From: an uncultured Desulfatitalea sp.
GTDB taxonomy: Bacteria > Desulfobacterota > Desulfobacteria > Desulfobacterales > Desulfosarcinaceae
Assembly: GCA_963668675.2 (NCBI GenBank)
Contig: CAXXMB010000002.1
Location: 2,528,001-2,592,000, forward strand
Direction of reading: 5' to 3'
DNA length: 64,000 nucleotides
Below, in pieces: positions 9,928 to 19,831 of this stretch; positions within the stretch are counted from its first letter, which is position 1; the number at the start of each line of letters is the position of its first letter. Made by a program: the position numbers and the translations under genes. Under the pieces are notes generated by a model that had not been told where the DNA came from, made no database searches, and was given only the letters and a program-made list of their open reading frames with translations.

Positions 9928-10281
9928 ATGAATGTCTTGACCTATATCCGCAACCTGTTTCGGCAAACACCAAAAAAACAACATCTTGAATATGTTAAGG
10001 CGTGCACCGTGGCCTTGGATGCGAACGTCGAAACCGAAACACAGCGTGTTGCCGCAAACCTTTCGCTGCAACAGCGTCCGGCGCCTGACGAACTCCGCTC
10101 CGACGCAACCATCGCCTTTTCGCAACAGGGCGATCTGGAGAGCTATGTAAAGATGCTTAACGTCCCCAGCGAGGTGATCGAAGGCTGGATCTCCGCCGGT
10201 GTGCTCCTGCCTGAAGAGACCCGCGTGGCCGCCAAGATGATTCGTCTGATGCAGACAAAAGGCCGGTTTTCCCAAAATTAA
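9928..10281 (+). CDS. Hypothetical protein
   Basis: 117-aa ORF with GAGGAG SD; no family recognised. Confidence 0.65.
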   Translation: MNVLTYIRNLFRQTPKKQHLEYVKACTVALDANVETETQRVAANLSLQQRPAPDELRSDATIAFSQQGDLESYVKMLNVPSEVIEGWISAGVLLPEETRVAAKMIRLMQTKGRFSQN

Positions 10282-10392
10282 AAATGTGACACTTCCTCCT
10301 AAAGTTTGTGTCAGGAGGGGCGATAGAGAAATACAGAGGCTTCGCGGGGGAGCCTCTGGGATATATTTTATAATATATCTTCCTTTAGCCGG

Positions 10393-10425
10393 CGGGGCGG
10401 CTGCGGCAGCCGCCCCGTTTTTTTT
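10393..10425 (+). terminator. Rho-independent terminator
   Basis: cggggcggctg-cgg-cagccgccccg followed by T8. Confidence 0.85.
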
Positions 10426-10539
10426 GTGCCAACGGCGGTTGGTGGTTTCAGGCCGCTGGTAATTGATAACCGCTGGAATATATGATACATTGCCCTCTGT
10501 TTGTTTTGTGGCGGTTTGATCTGTCATATAGGAGGTTCT

Positions 10540-11031
10540 TTGCCAAACGCCCGCGAACAGTGGAAAAACGGCCTTCAGGGACGACCGTCGTGGCTCTGGG
10601 TGCTCATGGCCATTCTGTCAATATCCTGCCTGGGAATGGGATCCCATCAAGGTGACACCGACAACGTGTTGACGATCGAGGCACTCTACAAGCTTTGCCA
10701 CCTTCCTGCCGACTGCAGCGCTCCGACAGATTGGGAGGGAGAGACCGTTATCTTTTCGGGCCGATTGGACCCTGCCAACATCTTTGACCGTCAGCACTAC
10801 CCCAAGTTACCCTACGAGAAGTTTCGCCTCATTGGCGCCAGCGGTCGCTCCGTGGAGATCTGGCCCGAAGCAGGGGACAACAGCACTATATTCAAAAAGT
10901 TATCCGCACGCTCGTCCGATGAGGCGACCGTGACCGGAAGACTCAAGGCAGTCAAGCTGCCAATTTCTAATGATTGCAAACTCGGCATCAAGGTGGTGAT
11001 CGATCATGCGGATCAAGTTGAATTCAAATAG
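10540..11031 (+). CDS. Hypothetical exported protein
   Basis: GGAGG SD before TTG 10540; hydrophobic N-terminal segment; overlaps the start of the protease ORF. Confidence 0.6.
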   Translation: MPNAREQWKNGLQGRPSWLWVLMAILSISCLGMGSHQGDTDNVLTIEALYKLCHLPADCSAPTDWEGETVIFSGRLDPANIFDRQHYPKLPYEKFRLIGASGRSVEIWPEAGDNSTIFKKLSARSSDEATVTGRLKAVKLPISNDCKLGIKVVIDHADQVEFK

Positions 11032-12649
11032 CGGTTGGAGAGTATGGTGCGGTCCCCTCATTTTAGGGTTCATAATGAGCCTGATTATTCTGCCGGTTCC
11101 TTTTGGTTATTGCGATGAGGTAGACTTGGCAACTGCCCGCATTGTGGCGGAGAACACTTTAAAGCGTCACTTAGCACTCTACGGGAATTGGAACGGCACA
11201 TCCGAACCAGCTGTTGCAAATGGGCAGGTTGTATCCTACAAAGGTAGGCGCGTGGCCTACAATTTCTCTGTGATCCCTAGTGGTCATGTTCTCGTGGCGG
11301 TTGATGATTATCTCAGTCCGGTGCCGCTCTATTCTACGCGATCTTCCTTTGATACGAATCGCGCCGAGCAGCGAAATGCTATTGAATCCTGGATTATTCC
11401 AGAGACGTACGGCAAGGTGTCGGCTTTGTCCAATCTGCGGGTTAGGTCCATTGGAGATCCGACAGCCACATTTTATAGAAGTGAGCGGATATCCAAGGCT
11501 TGGGATTTTTACAAAAATGGAACTGCTGGAGCTACCAGACAAGACTCGCCAGATGAGGTCAAGACAGGTCAATCATCATTAATCCGTACAACCATCGTCG
11601 GGCCCCTACTGACAACAACCTGGGGGCAGCTCAGCCCCTACAACTCAATGACGCCTAGTGATACAGGATGTGTTCACACGCTTACCGGATGCGTGGCGAC
11701 TGCATGGGCCCAGGTGTTACGGTATTGGCAGTGGCCTGATAATGGCGTCGGGAGCCATAGTTACTCATGGGACGGCCAGGAGCTGACAGCCGATTTCTCC
11801 ACAGGTTACAACTGGGGAAATATGCCTGACGTGCTAGACAGCAACAGCACCTCAGATGAAGAACAGGCCGTTTCAGAACTTATGTATCATCTCGGAGTTT
11901 CCGCTGAAATGGATTATGGGTGTAGCGGTTCAGGCAGTTCTGCATATGCCGACACTGTTTTGGATATCTATTTTAGATACAAAGCAATGGATTACAGGGA
12001 TCGCGATGATTACTCTGCCGAAGAGTGGTTTGACCTGTTTAAAAATGAGCTGAATGCAAGTCCTCCGCGGCCGGTCATTTTCTCTATTTTTTCTCCTGGT
12101 GGTGGACACGAGGTGGTAGTAGATGGCTACAATGACGACGACAGCTCAAACCGCACACTTCATATCAACCTTGGTTGGTCAGGCTATGAAGATGGTTACT
12201 ACGACGTGTCCGACGACACCGATTTTGATGCCGGTGACTATGATTGGTACGTCGATCAAGATCAATATATAGTGATGTCAATCGAGCCTAATTATAACTC
12301 CCTGCCAATGGTTGACGCAGGCCTTGATCGAATAGTTGATGAAAGATCACGGGTTGACTTAGCTGGCAGTGCGTCCCATTCAACACTTTCCATCTCCTCT
12401 TACCAATGGCGTCAAGTGAAAGGCCCTTACGTTTATTTAGGAAACGACTCTTCAAATAGCCTTTCATTTAATGCGCCCAGCGTAAGTTCAACTACAGAGC
12501 TTGTCTTTCAATTCAAGGCTATCGATGAGGAGCGGGGCGTTGGATTTGACGAAATTTCCATAGACGTTCAAAATACAGACCCGCCGCCACAATCAATCGA
12601 TTCCGGTGGCGGTGGCGGCGGAGGCTGTTTCATATCCCATTTGCATTGA
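11006..12649 (+). CDS. C10 (streptopain/SpeB-like) cysteine peptidase with propeptide, PKD-like domain and Gly-rich CFI tail
   Basis: WGQLSPYN, TGCVATAWAQ (catalytic Cys), GHEVVVDGY (His), HINLGWSG; DAG...SYQWRQ PKD-like repeat; C-terminus GGGGGGGCFISHLH; true start uncertain. Confidence 0.88.
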   Translation: MRIKLNSNSGWRVWCGPLILGFIMSLIILPVPFGYCDEVDLATARIVAENTLKRHLALYGNWNGTSEPAVANGQVVSYKGRRVAYNFSVIPSGHVLVAVDDYLSPVPLYSTRSSFDTNRAEQRNAIESWIIPETYGKVSALSNLRVRSIGDPTATFYRSERISKAWDFYKNGTAGATRQDSPDEVKTGQSSLIRTTIVGPLLTTTWGQLSPYNSMTPSDTGCVHTLTGCVATAWAQVLRYWQWPDNGVGSHSYSWDGQELTADFSTGYNWGNMPDVLDSNSTSDEEQAVSELMYHLGVSAEMDYGCSGSGSSAYADTVLDIYFRYKAMDYRDRDDYSAEEWFDLFKNELNASPPRPVIFSIFSPGGGHEVVVDGYNDDDSSNRTLHINLGWSGYEDGYYDVSDDTDFDAGDYDWYVDQDQYIVMSIEPNYNSLPMVDAGLDRIVDERSRVDLAGSASHSTLSISSYQWRQVKGPYVYLGNDSSNSLSFNAPSVSSTTELVFQFKAIDEERGVGFDEISIDVQNTDPPPQSIDSGGGGGGGCFISHLH

Positions 12650-12917
12650 TCGGTTCATTCAGTTCCTCCTTTACCAAGCTTTTCAGATCATCTTCCCGAT
12701 GGCCCCACAGGCTCAGTCTTGTGGGGCCAAGGCATTCAGTTCCGATCTATCCCCATCAATTTCGATCCATTCCAAGCTAAAGTTTTGAGCGCTCAGCGCC
12801 GATATATATTCAGTATTTTTTCTTCATAAATCTGCCAGGTGAACGGAAGCTACCTTTTTGTTCGAATGAGGCGGATTGAAGAGTGGAACGAAACAACTGA
12901 GGTTTGATTGGGTTTTC

Positions 12918-13415
12918 ATGCGGTTGCCGGTTCGAGACAATAGCCAATCGTTAAAGTGGAATAGTGGCGCAAAGGCCTTTTCCCTGATCGAACTCATGGT
13001 GGTCATCGCCATTGTGAGCATTCTGGCAGCCATTGCGGTGCCGTCCTTTGCCGCTTACCGCGAGCGGGCAATGGTGGCCGTCTGCATCACGGATATCGGT
13101 ACCATCGCTAAGGAGATTTCCGCGTTTTCTATTGATAACGATCGCTTGCCGGAAACTCTCGCAGAGGCCGGCTGGGGAGGCAAAATGGACCCGTGGGGCA
13201 ATCCGTATCAATATCTGAAGATCGACGGCGCTGCGAAGAGTGTGAAAGGCAAGGCGCGTAAAGACCGCTTTCTGGTCCCCATCAATACCGATTTCGATCT
13301 CTACAGCATGGGGCCCGATGGTCTGTCGGTAGGACCTTTGACCGCTCCGCAGAGTCAGGATGACATCATTCGGGCCAGTGACGGGAGCTTCATAGGACGA
13401 GCGAGTCATTTTTAA
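12918..13415 (+). CDS. Prepilin-type N-terminal cleavage/methylation protein (GspG-like)
   Basis: KA|FSLIELMVVIAIVSILAAIAVP class III signal; DPWGNPYQY and LYSMGPDG motifs; start uncertain (12876 or 12918). Confidence 0.85.
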   Translation: MRLPVRDNSQSLKWNSGAKAFSLIELMVVIAIVSILAAIAVPSFAAYRERAMVAVCITDIGTIAKEISAFSIDNDRLPETLAEAGWGGKMDPWGNPYQYLKIDGAAKSVKGKARKDRFLVPINTDFDLYSMGPDGLSVGPLTAPQSQDDIIRASDGSFIGRASHF

Positions 13416-13433
13416 CCGATAATCACGAGATGG

Positions 13434-15632
13434 TTGAAAAGCGTGCGACTGGATTCAAAACTATTCAAGAGCAAACTGGCATGGCGCTTTTTTGGCCTGT
13501 TCATCGTCTGTGCTTTTGTTCCCATTCTGGCCATGGCGCTGATGGCCCATACCCATGTGGCCGGCCAGCTTGAAGCCCAGGCATACGAGCGTTTAAAGGG
13601 CTATGCCAAATCCCACGGCATGTCGATTATAGAACATTTGATTTTGGCCAAGGGGCAACTGAAGCTGCTGGAGCCCGCTTTGACAGGTGGCACCTGGAGT
13701 GGTGTGCAGCATGATTACGCCTCATGGGAGAGGGAAAGCGGCAGCCACCATTTCAGCCGGTTGGGGATCTATTCCCAAGGTCGCTACCGCGCCCTGTTGG
13801 GTGCCTCCATCTCTGCTGATACCATATCAGATGCAATTGAGGGATTGAAAGCCGAGGAGGGCACCACCCTGCTCGTATTGCCCACGGAAGAGGCGTCTCC
13901 TGAGATCGCCCTGGTCCGCCGGGTAGCATCACAGCCGGCAGAAGCCGGTGGCCCCAACTATCTGGTCGGGGTGCTGAATCCGGGTTTCTTATGGGGAATG
14001 GATAGCGGTACGATTCTGCCGTCAGCCATCCAATGGAGTGTGTGGGACTATCGACAGACCAATCTGTTCAGCACCCTTCCCCAAGATGAACAGGCACCTA
14101 TCGTTTCATTTATCGCGATGGACAGTGGCGGGCATGCCGGGAATGCTGCCTTGCCCCTGCCCTCCGACAATTACCTGGCCGGCTATTGGTCTATGTTCAT
14201 CAAGCCCCAGTTCCATACGCCCCGGTGGTTCGTAGTGGTGATGGAGCCCAGATATAAAGTCATGGCTCCTTTTTATAGATTCCAGAACTTTTTCCCGCTG
14301 GTCGTTTTGATAACGCTTGGCATTGTCTTGCTGCTCAGTAGCGTGGCCATACGGAAAAGCCTGGTTCCCATCGATTCGCTGCTCCAGGGGGCGCGGCAGG
14401 TCGCCCAAGGACGCTTCATCCATCGGGTGGAGGTGGCGAGCCGGGATGAATTCCACGATCTTGCCCAAGCGTTCAACCGTATGTCGGGACAACTGGACAA
14501 GCAGTTCAAAGCGCAATCGGCCCGGTCGGATGTCGATCGCGCCATCCTTTCACTGCTCGATGCCGAGGCGATTGTTTTTAAGATACTCCCCAGTCTGAAT
14601 CTGTTTTTCCCATGTGTTGCAGGGGCCATAACGCTTTTGGATGAGAAGAATCCTGCCCAGGGGCACATCTATTCGGAAGGTTCAAACGGATTGGCCCCCA
14701 GAGTGCGCAAGTGCCATATCTCAAGCGATGCCCAGGCGCTATTGAGCGATCATCCCAACTGGATGGAGATTTCCGATGCCTCATCACCACTCTCATTTTT
14801 ATGGGAGGTAGAGGCTGGGGGCGCTGCCATGTGGATCGTGCTGCCGGTTTACCATCACAAAAGGCCAATTGCGCTGGTTTGCTTTGCCTGCTCCGATCGA
14901 AATGAATTTACTGCAGACGATTTGGAACATGCCGACCAACTCACCCATCAGTTGGCTGTGGCCCTCTCCAATGCAGCATTGATTAGTGAACTTAAAAATC
15001 TCAACCTGGGAACGTTGAATGCACTGGCGCGCACCGTCGACGCCAAATCGCCTTGGACGGCGGGCCATTCTGAGCGGGTGATGCAGATGTCCCTCCAGCT
15101 CGGCAGAACCATGGGGCTTTCAACCGATCAGCTCGATGACATCCATAGCGCTGCCTTGTTGCACGACATCGGCAAGATTGGAATTCCGGTCTCCATTCTC
15201 GATAAAAAGGATCCCTTGACCGATGATGAATTCGATAAGATCCGAACACACCCATCACTTGGTGCCCGGATCCTTGACCCGATTGCATCCTATCGACGGC
15301 TGATACCCATCGTGGAGCAGCATCACGAGAGATATGACGGGAAAGGTTATCCCAAAAGGCTTGCCGGAGAGGCGATTCATGTGTCGGCCAGAATAATGGC
15401 AGTGGCCGATGCCTATGATGCCATGGTTTCTGACCGTCCCTATCGCCGGGGCATGCCGGTGGAAAAGGTGCGACGCATCATCCGTGAGGAGTCCGGGCGA
15501 CAGTTCGATCCTGAAGTGGTGAAAGCTTTCGAACTGGTAGTGGCCAGAAAATTTCCGCTGTCCATTGTGGCCGGGGGCAACAGCTCCGCTGCCCCGGTGT
15601 CGATGACGCCGAAGGCAGCCCAGGCGAGGTGA
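13434..15632 (+). CDS. Membrane-anchored HD-GYP phosphodiesterase with extracytoplasmic sensor, HAMP and GAF-like domains
   Basis: Two TM segments; HAMP (DEFHDLAQAFNRM); HSERV, LLHDIGK, HHERYDGKGYP, VADAYDAM, RPYR. Confidence 0.9.
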   Translation: MKSVRLDSKLFKSKLAWRFFGLFIVCAFVPILAMALMAHTHVAGQLEAQAYERLKGYAKSHGMSIIEHLILAKGQLKLLEPALTGGTWSGVQHDYASWERESGSHHFSRLGIYSQGRYRALLGASISADTISDAIEGLKAEEGTTLLVLPTEEASPEIALVRRVASQPAEAGGPNYLVGVLNPGFLWGMDSGTILPSAIQWSVWDYRQTNLFSTLPQDEQAPIVSFIAMDSGGHAGNAALPLPSDNYLAGYWSMFIKPQFHTPRWFVVVMEPRYKVMAPFYRFQNFFPLVVLITLGIVLLLSSVAIRKSLVPIDSLLQGARQVAQGRFIHRVEVASRDEFHDLAQAFNRMSGQLDKQFKAQSARSDVDRAILSLLDAEAIVFKILPSLNLFFPCVAGAITLLDEKNPAQGHIYSEGSNGLAPRVRKCHISSDAQALLSDHPNWMEISDASSPLSFLWEVEAGGAAMWIVLPVYHHKRPIALVCFACSDRNEFTADDLEHADQLTHQLAVALSNAALISELKNLNLGTLNALARTVDAKSPWTAGHSERVMQMSLQLGRTMGLSTDQLDDIHSAALLHDIGKIGIPVSILDKKDPLTDDEFDKIRTHPSLGARILDPIASYRRLIPIVEQHHERYDGKGYPKRLAGEAIHVSARIMAVADAYDAMVSDRPYRRGMPVEKVRRIIREESGRQFDPEVVKAFELVVARKFPLSIVAGGNSSAAPVSMTPKAAQAR

Positions 15633-16048
15633 AACGCATCATGAATCGGTCAAATATCAGATACGCCACATTGATGAAACTGGGATCGGGGTTGCTTTTG
15701 CTTCTGGTCCTGCTTTCCGCCTGCCAGAGGGAGTATATCCCCAAGGGTATGGTGGCCGCATGGGTAAGTGAAAATAAACGATACCTGGGCTGTTATCTGC
15801 TCATTTCTCCAGATGAGATTACGCTCGGTGCGGCCGACGCAACCATGCACGACTATGATGTTCGGAAAGTGAAGAGCAGGAAGCGCGGTGGCCAATTGGA
15901 TGTCGCCATAACAGCGATCGACGATCAGCAGATGGAGGTCACTTTTTCGCTCATCTTTCAGCCGGACAAGGATGACGGCATCCTCTATTTTGAAAATCAA
16001 CCCGATGTGGTCTGGCAACGCAGCGCCTACCTCTCTCCTCTCTATTAA
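15629..16048 (+). CDS. Hypothetical lipoprotein
   Basis: LLLLVLLSAC lipobox; coupled to the HD-GYP gene by GTGA overlap; start may be downstream. Confidence 0.6.
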   Translation: MKRIMNRSNIRYATLMKLGSGLLLLLVLLSACQREYIPKGMVAAWVSENKRYLGCYLLISPDEITLGAADATMHDYDVRKVKSRKRGGQLDVAITAIDDQQMEVTFSLIFQPDKDDGILYFENQPDVVWQRSAYLSPLY

Positions 16049-16147
16049 TACTTTCGATTTCAGATCATCCCGTTTCGGGCGGATTTTGAAGAAATGCCGC
16101 TGCCATTTAAGATTGATCTTGGATGCGACCTCATGTCATAAATCCTC

Positions 16148-17368
16148 ATGTCCAATCGTTTTCTCATAGGTGTTGAGGGGGCTTTGCAACTGGTTCTGGC
16201 GCAGATGCGACCACTGGCCGTCCAAGCGGTGGCCTTGGCTGATGCAGTAGATCGCATTGCGGCTGACGATCTGCGGGCCAGGGTGGACGCCCCCTCGGTT
16301 GACGCATCGCTCCGGGATGGCTATGCTGTGTTTTCGTGCGACCTGGGCGCTGCCGAACCGGAACATCCGGTGCGATTGAGGCTGGACGGCCTTGCCGCCG
16401 CAGGCGGTACCCGGAAAGATGAAGTGGTGCCAGGGAGCACGGTGCGGATCCTGACCGGGGCCAAGGTGCCTGGGGGCGCAGATGCGGTGGTGGCCGAGGA
16501 GGAGATTGCGGTTGAAGATGGCCAAGTCGTTTTCACCGCACCTGCCGGGACGGGCGCATGGATTTTGGCCAAAGGGGCAGAAGTGGCCGTCGGTGATCGC
16601 GTGGTACAGGCCGGCGACGTGCTTTCACCGGCCAGGGTCGGTTTGCTGGCTGCCGCCGGATACCGTCGCGTTCGGGTGATCGGGCGTCCTGTTGTGACTG
16701 TTGCGGCCATTGGGGATGAGGTTGTCGCACCGGGAGAGCCCCTGGCGGAGGGTCACCTTTATGCCAGTAACATGGTCTCCCTCTGCGCATGGTGCCGCCG
16801 TTACGGCTGGCCGTTGCAGGCGGTCATTGTCAGGGACGAACCGAAGGCGATCGAGCGTGCCTTGCTGGACGGGGTGAAACGGAGCGATGCCATCATCACC
16901 AGCGGCGGCGCCTGGAGCGGAGACCGGGACCTGGTGGCCGATGCCCTCGAACGGCTCGGGTGGCGGCAGCTTTTTCGCACTATCCGCATGGCCCCGGGCA
17001 AAGGAACGGCGTTTGGTTTTCTGCAGGAGAAGCCGGTTTTCATGCTTCCTGGTGGTCCGCCGGCCGCCTTGATCGGTTTTTTGCAGATTGCCCTGCCGGG
17101 TCTCCTGAGGCTTGGTGGGTTTAAAGAGACAGGGTTGCCCCGAGCCGAGGCGCGTTTGAGTTCAGACCTGATCGCCCGCAACCGCGAGTGGACGCAGTTT
17201 GTCTTCGGCCGGCTGAGGGCGGACGATTCGGCTTACCCCATCTTCGATCTCCTGCCCCGCGGAAGTCGATTGGCGACTATGGCTCAAGCCGATGCCCTGG
17301 CGGCCATCCCCGAGGACGTAGTGAAGCTGCCGGCCGGATCGTTGGTGCATGTACAATTGCTGAACTAA
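16148..17368 (+). CDS. moeA: Molybdopterin molybdotransferase MoeA family
   Basis: SLRDGYAV, ILTGAKVP, ITSGG, MAPGKG, LPGGP. Confidence 0.88.
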   Translation: MSNRFLIGVEGALQLVLAQMRPLAVQAVALADAVDRIAADDLRARVDAPSVDASLRDGYAVFSCDLGAAEPEHPVRLRLDGLAAAGGTRKDEVVPGSTVRILTGAKVPGGADAVVAEEEIAVEDGQVVFTAPAGTGAWILAKGAEVAVGDRVVQAGDVLSPARVGLLAAAGYRRVRVIGRPVVTVAAIGDEVVAPGEPLAEGHLYASNMVSLCAWCRRYGWPLQAVIVRDEPKAIERALLDGVKRSDAIITSGGAWSGDRDLVADALERLGWRQLFRTIRMAPGKGTAFGFLQEKPVFMLPGGPPAALIGFLQIALPGLLRLGGFKETGLPRAEARLSSDLIARNREWTQFVFGRLRADDSAYPIFDLLPRGSRLATMAQADALAAIPEDVVKLPAGSLVHVQLLN

Positions 17369-17421
17369 GGGCTCAGCTTTAACAGGCGATATCAGCCTGT
17401 GAGGAGCAAAACGATACACCC

Positions 17422-18426
17422 ATGACATACATTAACCCACAGCACCATCTCACCGATATCCACCATCGCCGCATCAGCTATCTGCGTGTCTCCGTCACCG
17501 ACCGCTGCAACCTGCGCTGCCGCTACTGCATGACCAGCCATACCCGCTGGCTGCCCAAAGGCCACATTCTTACCCTGGAAGAGATCCATCGCATGGTGCG
17601 CATCGGAGCGGAGCTTGGAATTACCAAGGTTCGCCTCACCGGTGGCGAGCCCCTCTGCCGCAAAGGGATTGTGGGGCTGGTCGAGCAGATTTGCACGGTG
17701 CCGGGCATCGAAGATGTTGCATTGACCACCAACGGCACGCTCCTGGCTGAAAAGGCGTTGCCGTTGAAGCGCGCCGGTCTGAAACGGATCAATATCAGCC
17801 TGGACACCACCGATGGCCGGGCCTTCGAATATCTGACCGGCAAAGATCTGCTGCACGCCGTCTGGCAAGGGATCATGGCCGCCCAGAAAATCGGATTCGA
17901 TCCGATTAAAATCAACACCGTGGCCATGCGAGGGCGCAACGAAGATCAGATTGAAGCGCTGGCCGATCTCTCTCGCCAATACCCTTTCCACGTCCGCTTT
18001 ATCGAGTATATGCCCATCGGAACCGATCCCCGTGCCTCCGAAAAGTATTTTATCTCCATTGCCGAGATTGAGAGCCGTCTTCAAAAGATGGGGGCGTTAG
18101 AGCCCATCCCGCGTGGAAAATCGGATGGCCCGGCTCTGCGATACCGCTTTGCCGATGCACCGGGTGAGGTAGGCCTGATCGGTTCGATGAGTGCACATTT
18201 CTGCGGTCGCTGTAATCGGATGCGGCTTACCGCTGACGGCCACCTGAGACCCTGCCTGCTTTCCGACGAAGAGGTCAACGTGATCGACGCCCTGCGCCAA
18301 GGGGCCGGCGATGATGAGATCGCCGGCATCTATGCCCGGGCCGTGGCCATGAAAAAGGGGGGGCACCAGCTCGACTTTTCCGGGAGCCGTTCGTTGAACA
18401 GCAAGATGGCCAGCATTGGAGGATAG
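17422..18426 (+). CDS. moaA: GTP 3',8-cyclase MoaA
   Basis: CNLRCRYC radical SAM motif; FCGRCNRMR...C; C-terminal IGG. Confidence 0.96.
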   Translation: MTYINPQHHLTDIHHRRISYLRVSVTDRCNLRCRYCMTSHTRWLPKGHILTLEEIHRMVRIGAELGITKVRLTGGEPLCRKGIVGLVEQICTVPGIEDVALTTNGTLLAEKALPLKRAGLKRINISLDTTDGRAFEYLTGKDLLHAVWQGIMAAQKIGFDPIKINTVAMRGRNEDQIEALADLSRQYPFHVRFIEYMPIGTDPRASEKYFISIAEIESRLQKMGALEPIPRGKSDGPALRYRFADAPGEVGLIGSMSAHFCGRCNRMRLTADGHLRPCLLSDEEVNVIDALRQGAGDDEIAGIYARAVAMKKGGHQLDFSGSRSLNSKMASIGG

Positions 18427-18431
18427 GACCG

Positions 18432-19049
18432 GTGCAACCCGGCCAGGACAACCCAAGCTGTTGTGCCGTCATTTTGGCCGGCGGTCTGAACACGCGCATG
18501 GACGGACGCAACAAGGCCTTTCTCGAAGTCGGTGGCCAAACCATTCTGGCGCGGTTGATCGCCACCCTGCAGCCCATCTTTCCACAAATTTTACTGGTGA
18601 CCCGCCAGCCGGAGCACTATGAAGATGTTCCGTTGCGCGTCGTACAGGATCTCTACTCGGCGCGCTCATCGCTCACCGGCATACATGCCGGGTTGAAACA
18701 TGCCGACACCGAACACGCACTGATAATCCCCTGCGACGCGCCCTTTTTGCAGCCGCAATTGATTCGACTGCTGCTCGGAGAGATCGATGCCAATACGGAT
18801 GCGGTTGTGCCACGCATCAAAGGTTACTACGAGCCGCTCTGTGCGATCTACTCCAAGCGTTGCCTGGCGCCCATCACGTCTCAGTTGCACAGGGGACAAT
18901 ATAAGATCACACGTTTTTTCGATCTGATTCGTCTGAAGATCGTGTCCGAAGAGAAGATCCAACAGGTCGACCCGAAAATGCTCTCCTTCCTCAACGTCAA
19001 CACCCCCGAAGCCCTGAAAACCATCCTGGACATGTATCCCGAAAGCTGA
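18432..19049 (+). CDS. mobA: Molybdenum cofactor guanylyltransferase
   Basis: ILAGGLNTRMDG..K, PCDAP, EPLCAIY, NVNTP. Confidence 0.92.
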   Translation: MQPGQDNPSCCAVILAGGLNTRMDGRNKAFLEVGGQTILARLIATLQPIFPQILLVTRQPEHYEDVPLRVVQDLYSARSSLTGIHAGLKHADTEHALIIPCDAPFLQPQLIRLLLGEIDANTDAVVPRIKGYYEPLCAIYSKRCLAPITSQLHRGQYKITRFFDLIRLKIVSEEKIQQVDPKMLSFLNVNTPEALKTILDMYPES

Positions 19050-19052
19050 TCG

Positions 19053-19553
19053 CTACCTCTTGAGAAAGCGCTCTTCGATGAAATCGGCAATCGATGGAAT
19101 ATCGTTGACGTCAAATTGGGGCACGCCGAGATCGATGGGGATGTCGGAGACGATGGCCACCAGATGGTTGGAGGTGTTTTCGGTATGCAGGGGCGTGCGG
19201 TGGGCGGCGCTGCGGAACACCTCGATCTTCGGCATATCGCCTCTCTTATATCCCTCGGTCAGCACCAGATCCCTGTCTCCGAAGAACTCGGAGACGATAT
19301 CGTCCAGACGGTACTCTTCGGCAACATCTTTGACCATGGCAATTTTACGGGTCGAGGAGATAACCACCGTGCTGGCGCCGGCCTGCTTGTGGCGCCAGGA
19401 GTCCTTCCCCTCCCGGTCGATGTCGAAGCCGTGAACGTCGTGCTTGATGGTCCCCACCTGATAGCCCCGCCGGCACAGCTCGGGGATCAGTTTTTCCAAC
19501 AAAGTGGTCTTTCCGGAATTCTTCTTGCTCACGATGGAGACGACGGGTGGCAT
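19053..19553 (-). CDS. mobB: Molybdopterin-guanine dinucleotide biosynthesis protein B
   Basis: NSGKTT, IKHDVH, GKDSWRH, EGYK. Confidence 0.92.
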   Translation of the reverse strand: MPPVVSIVSKKNSGKTTLLEKLIPELCRRGYQVGTIKHDVHGFDIDREGKDSWRHKQAGASTVVISSTRKIAMVKDVAEEYRLDDIVSEFFGDRDLVLTEGYKRGDMPKIEVFRSAAHRTPLHTENTSNHLVAIVSDIPIDLGVPQFDVNDIPSIADFIEERFLKR

Positions 19554-19831
19554 GATTCGGTCCTCAAGTTATCGCTCCGAGATTCCGTTTTAACCAAGGT
19601 ACATCCAGAGCAAAGAGATAATCGTTTTCGATCGAGCCCATATCCTCGATGACGGGGTCGTTGGTTCAAGCCGATTCTATAGCACTACGCTTCAGCCTTT
19701 GCCAGCCCGTTGACGTTTCTCTGCTGAGTCGATTCGGGCAGTGGCCTTGTGCCAATGCCAGTGCGGACTGCGGGCTCGACCATTTTTTACCTTAATTGAT
19801 GCGCGCAGGTGTGATATAGCCAGCCTGCCAA

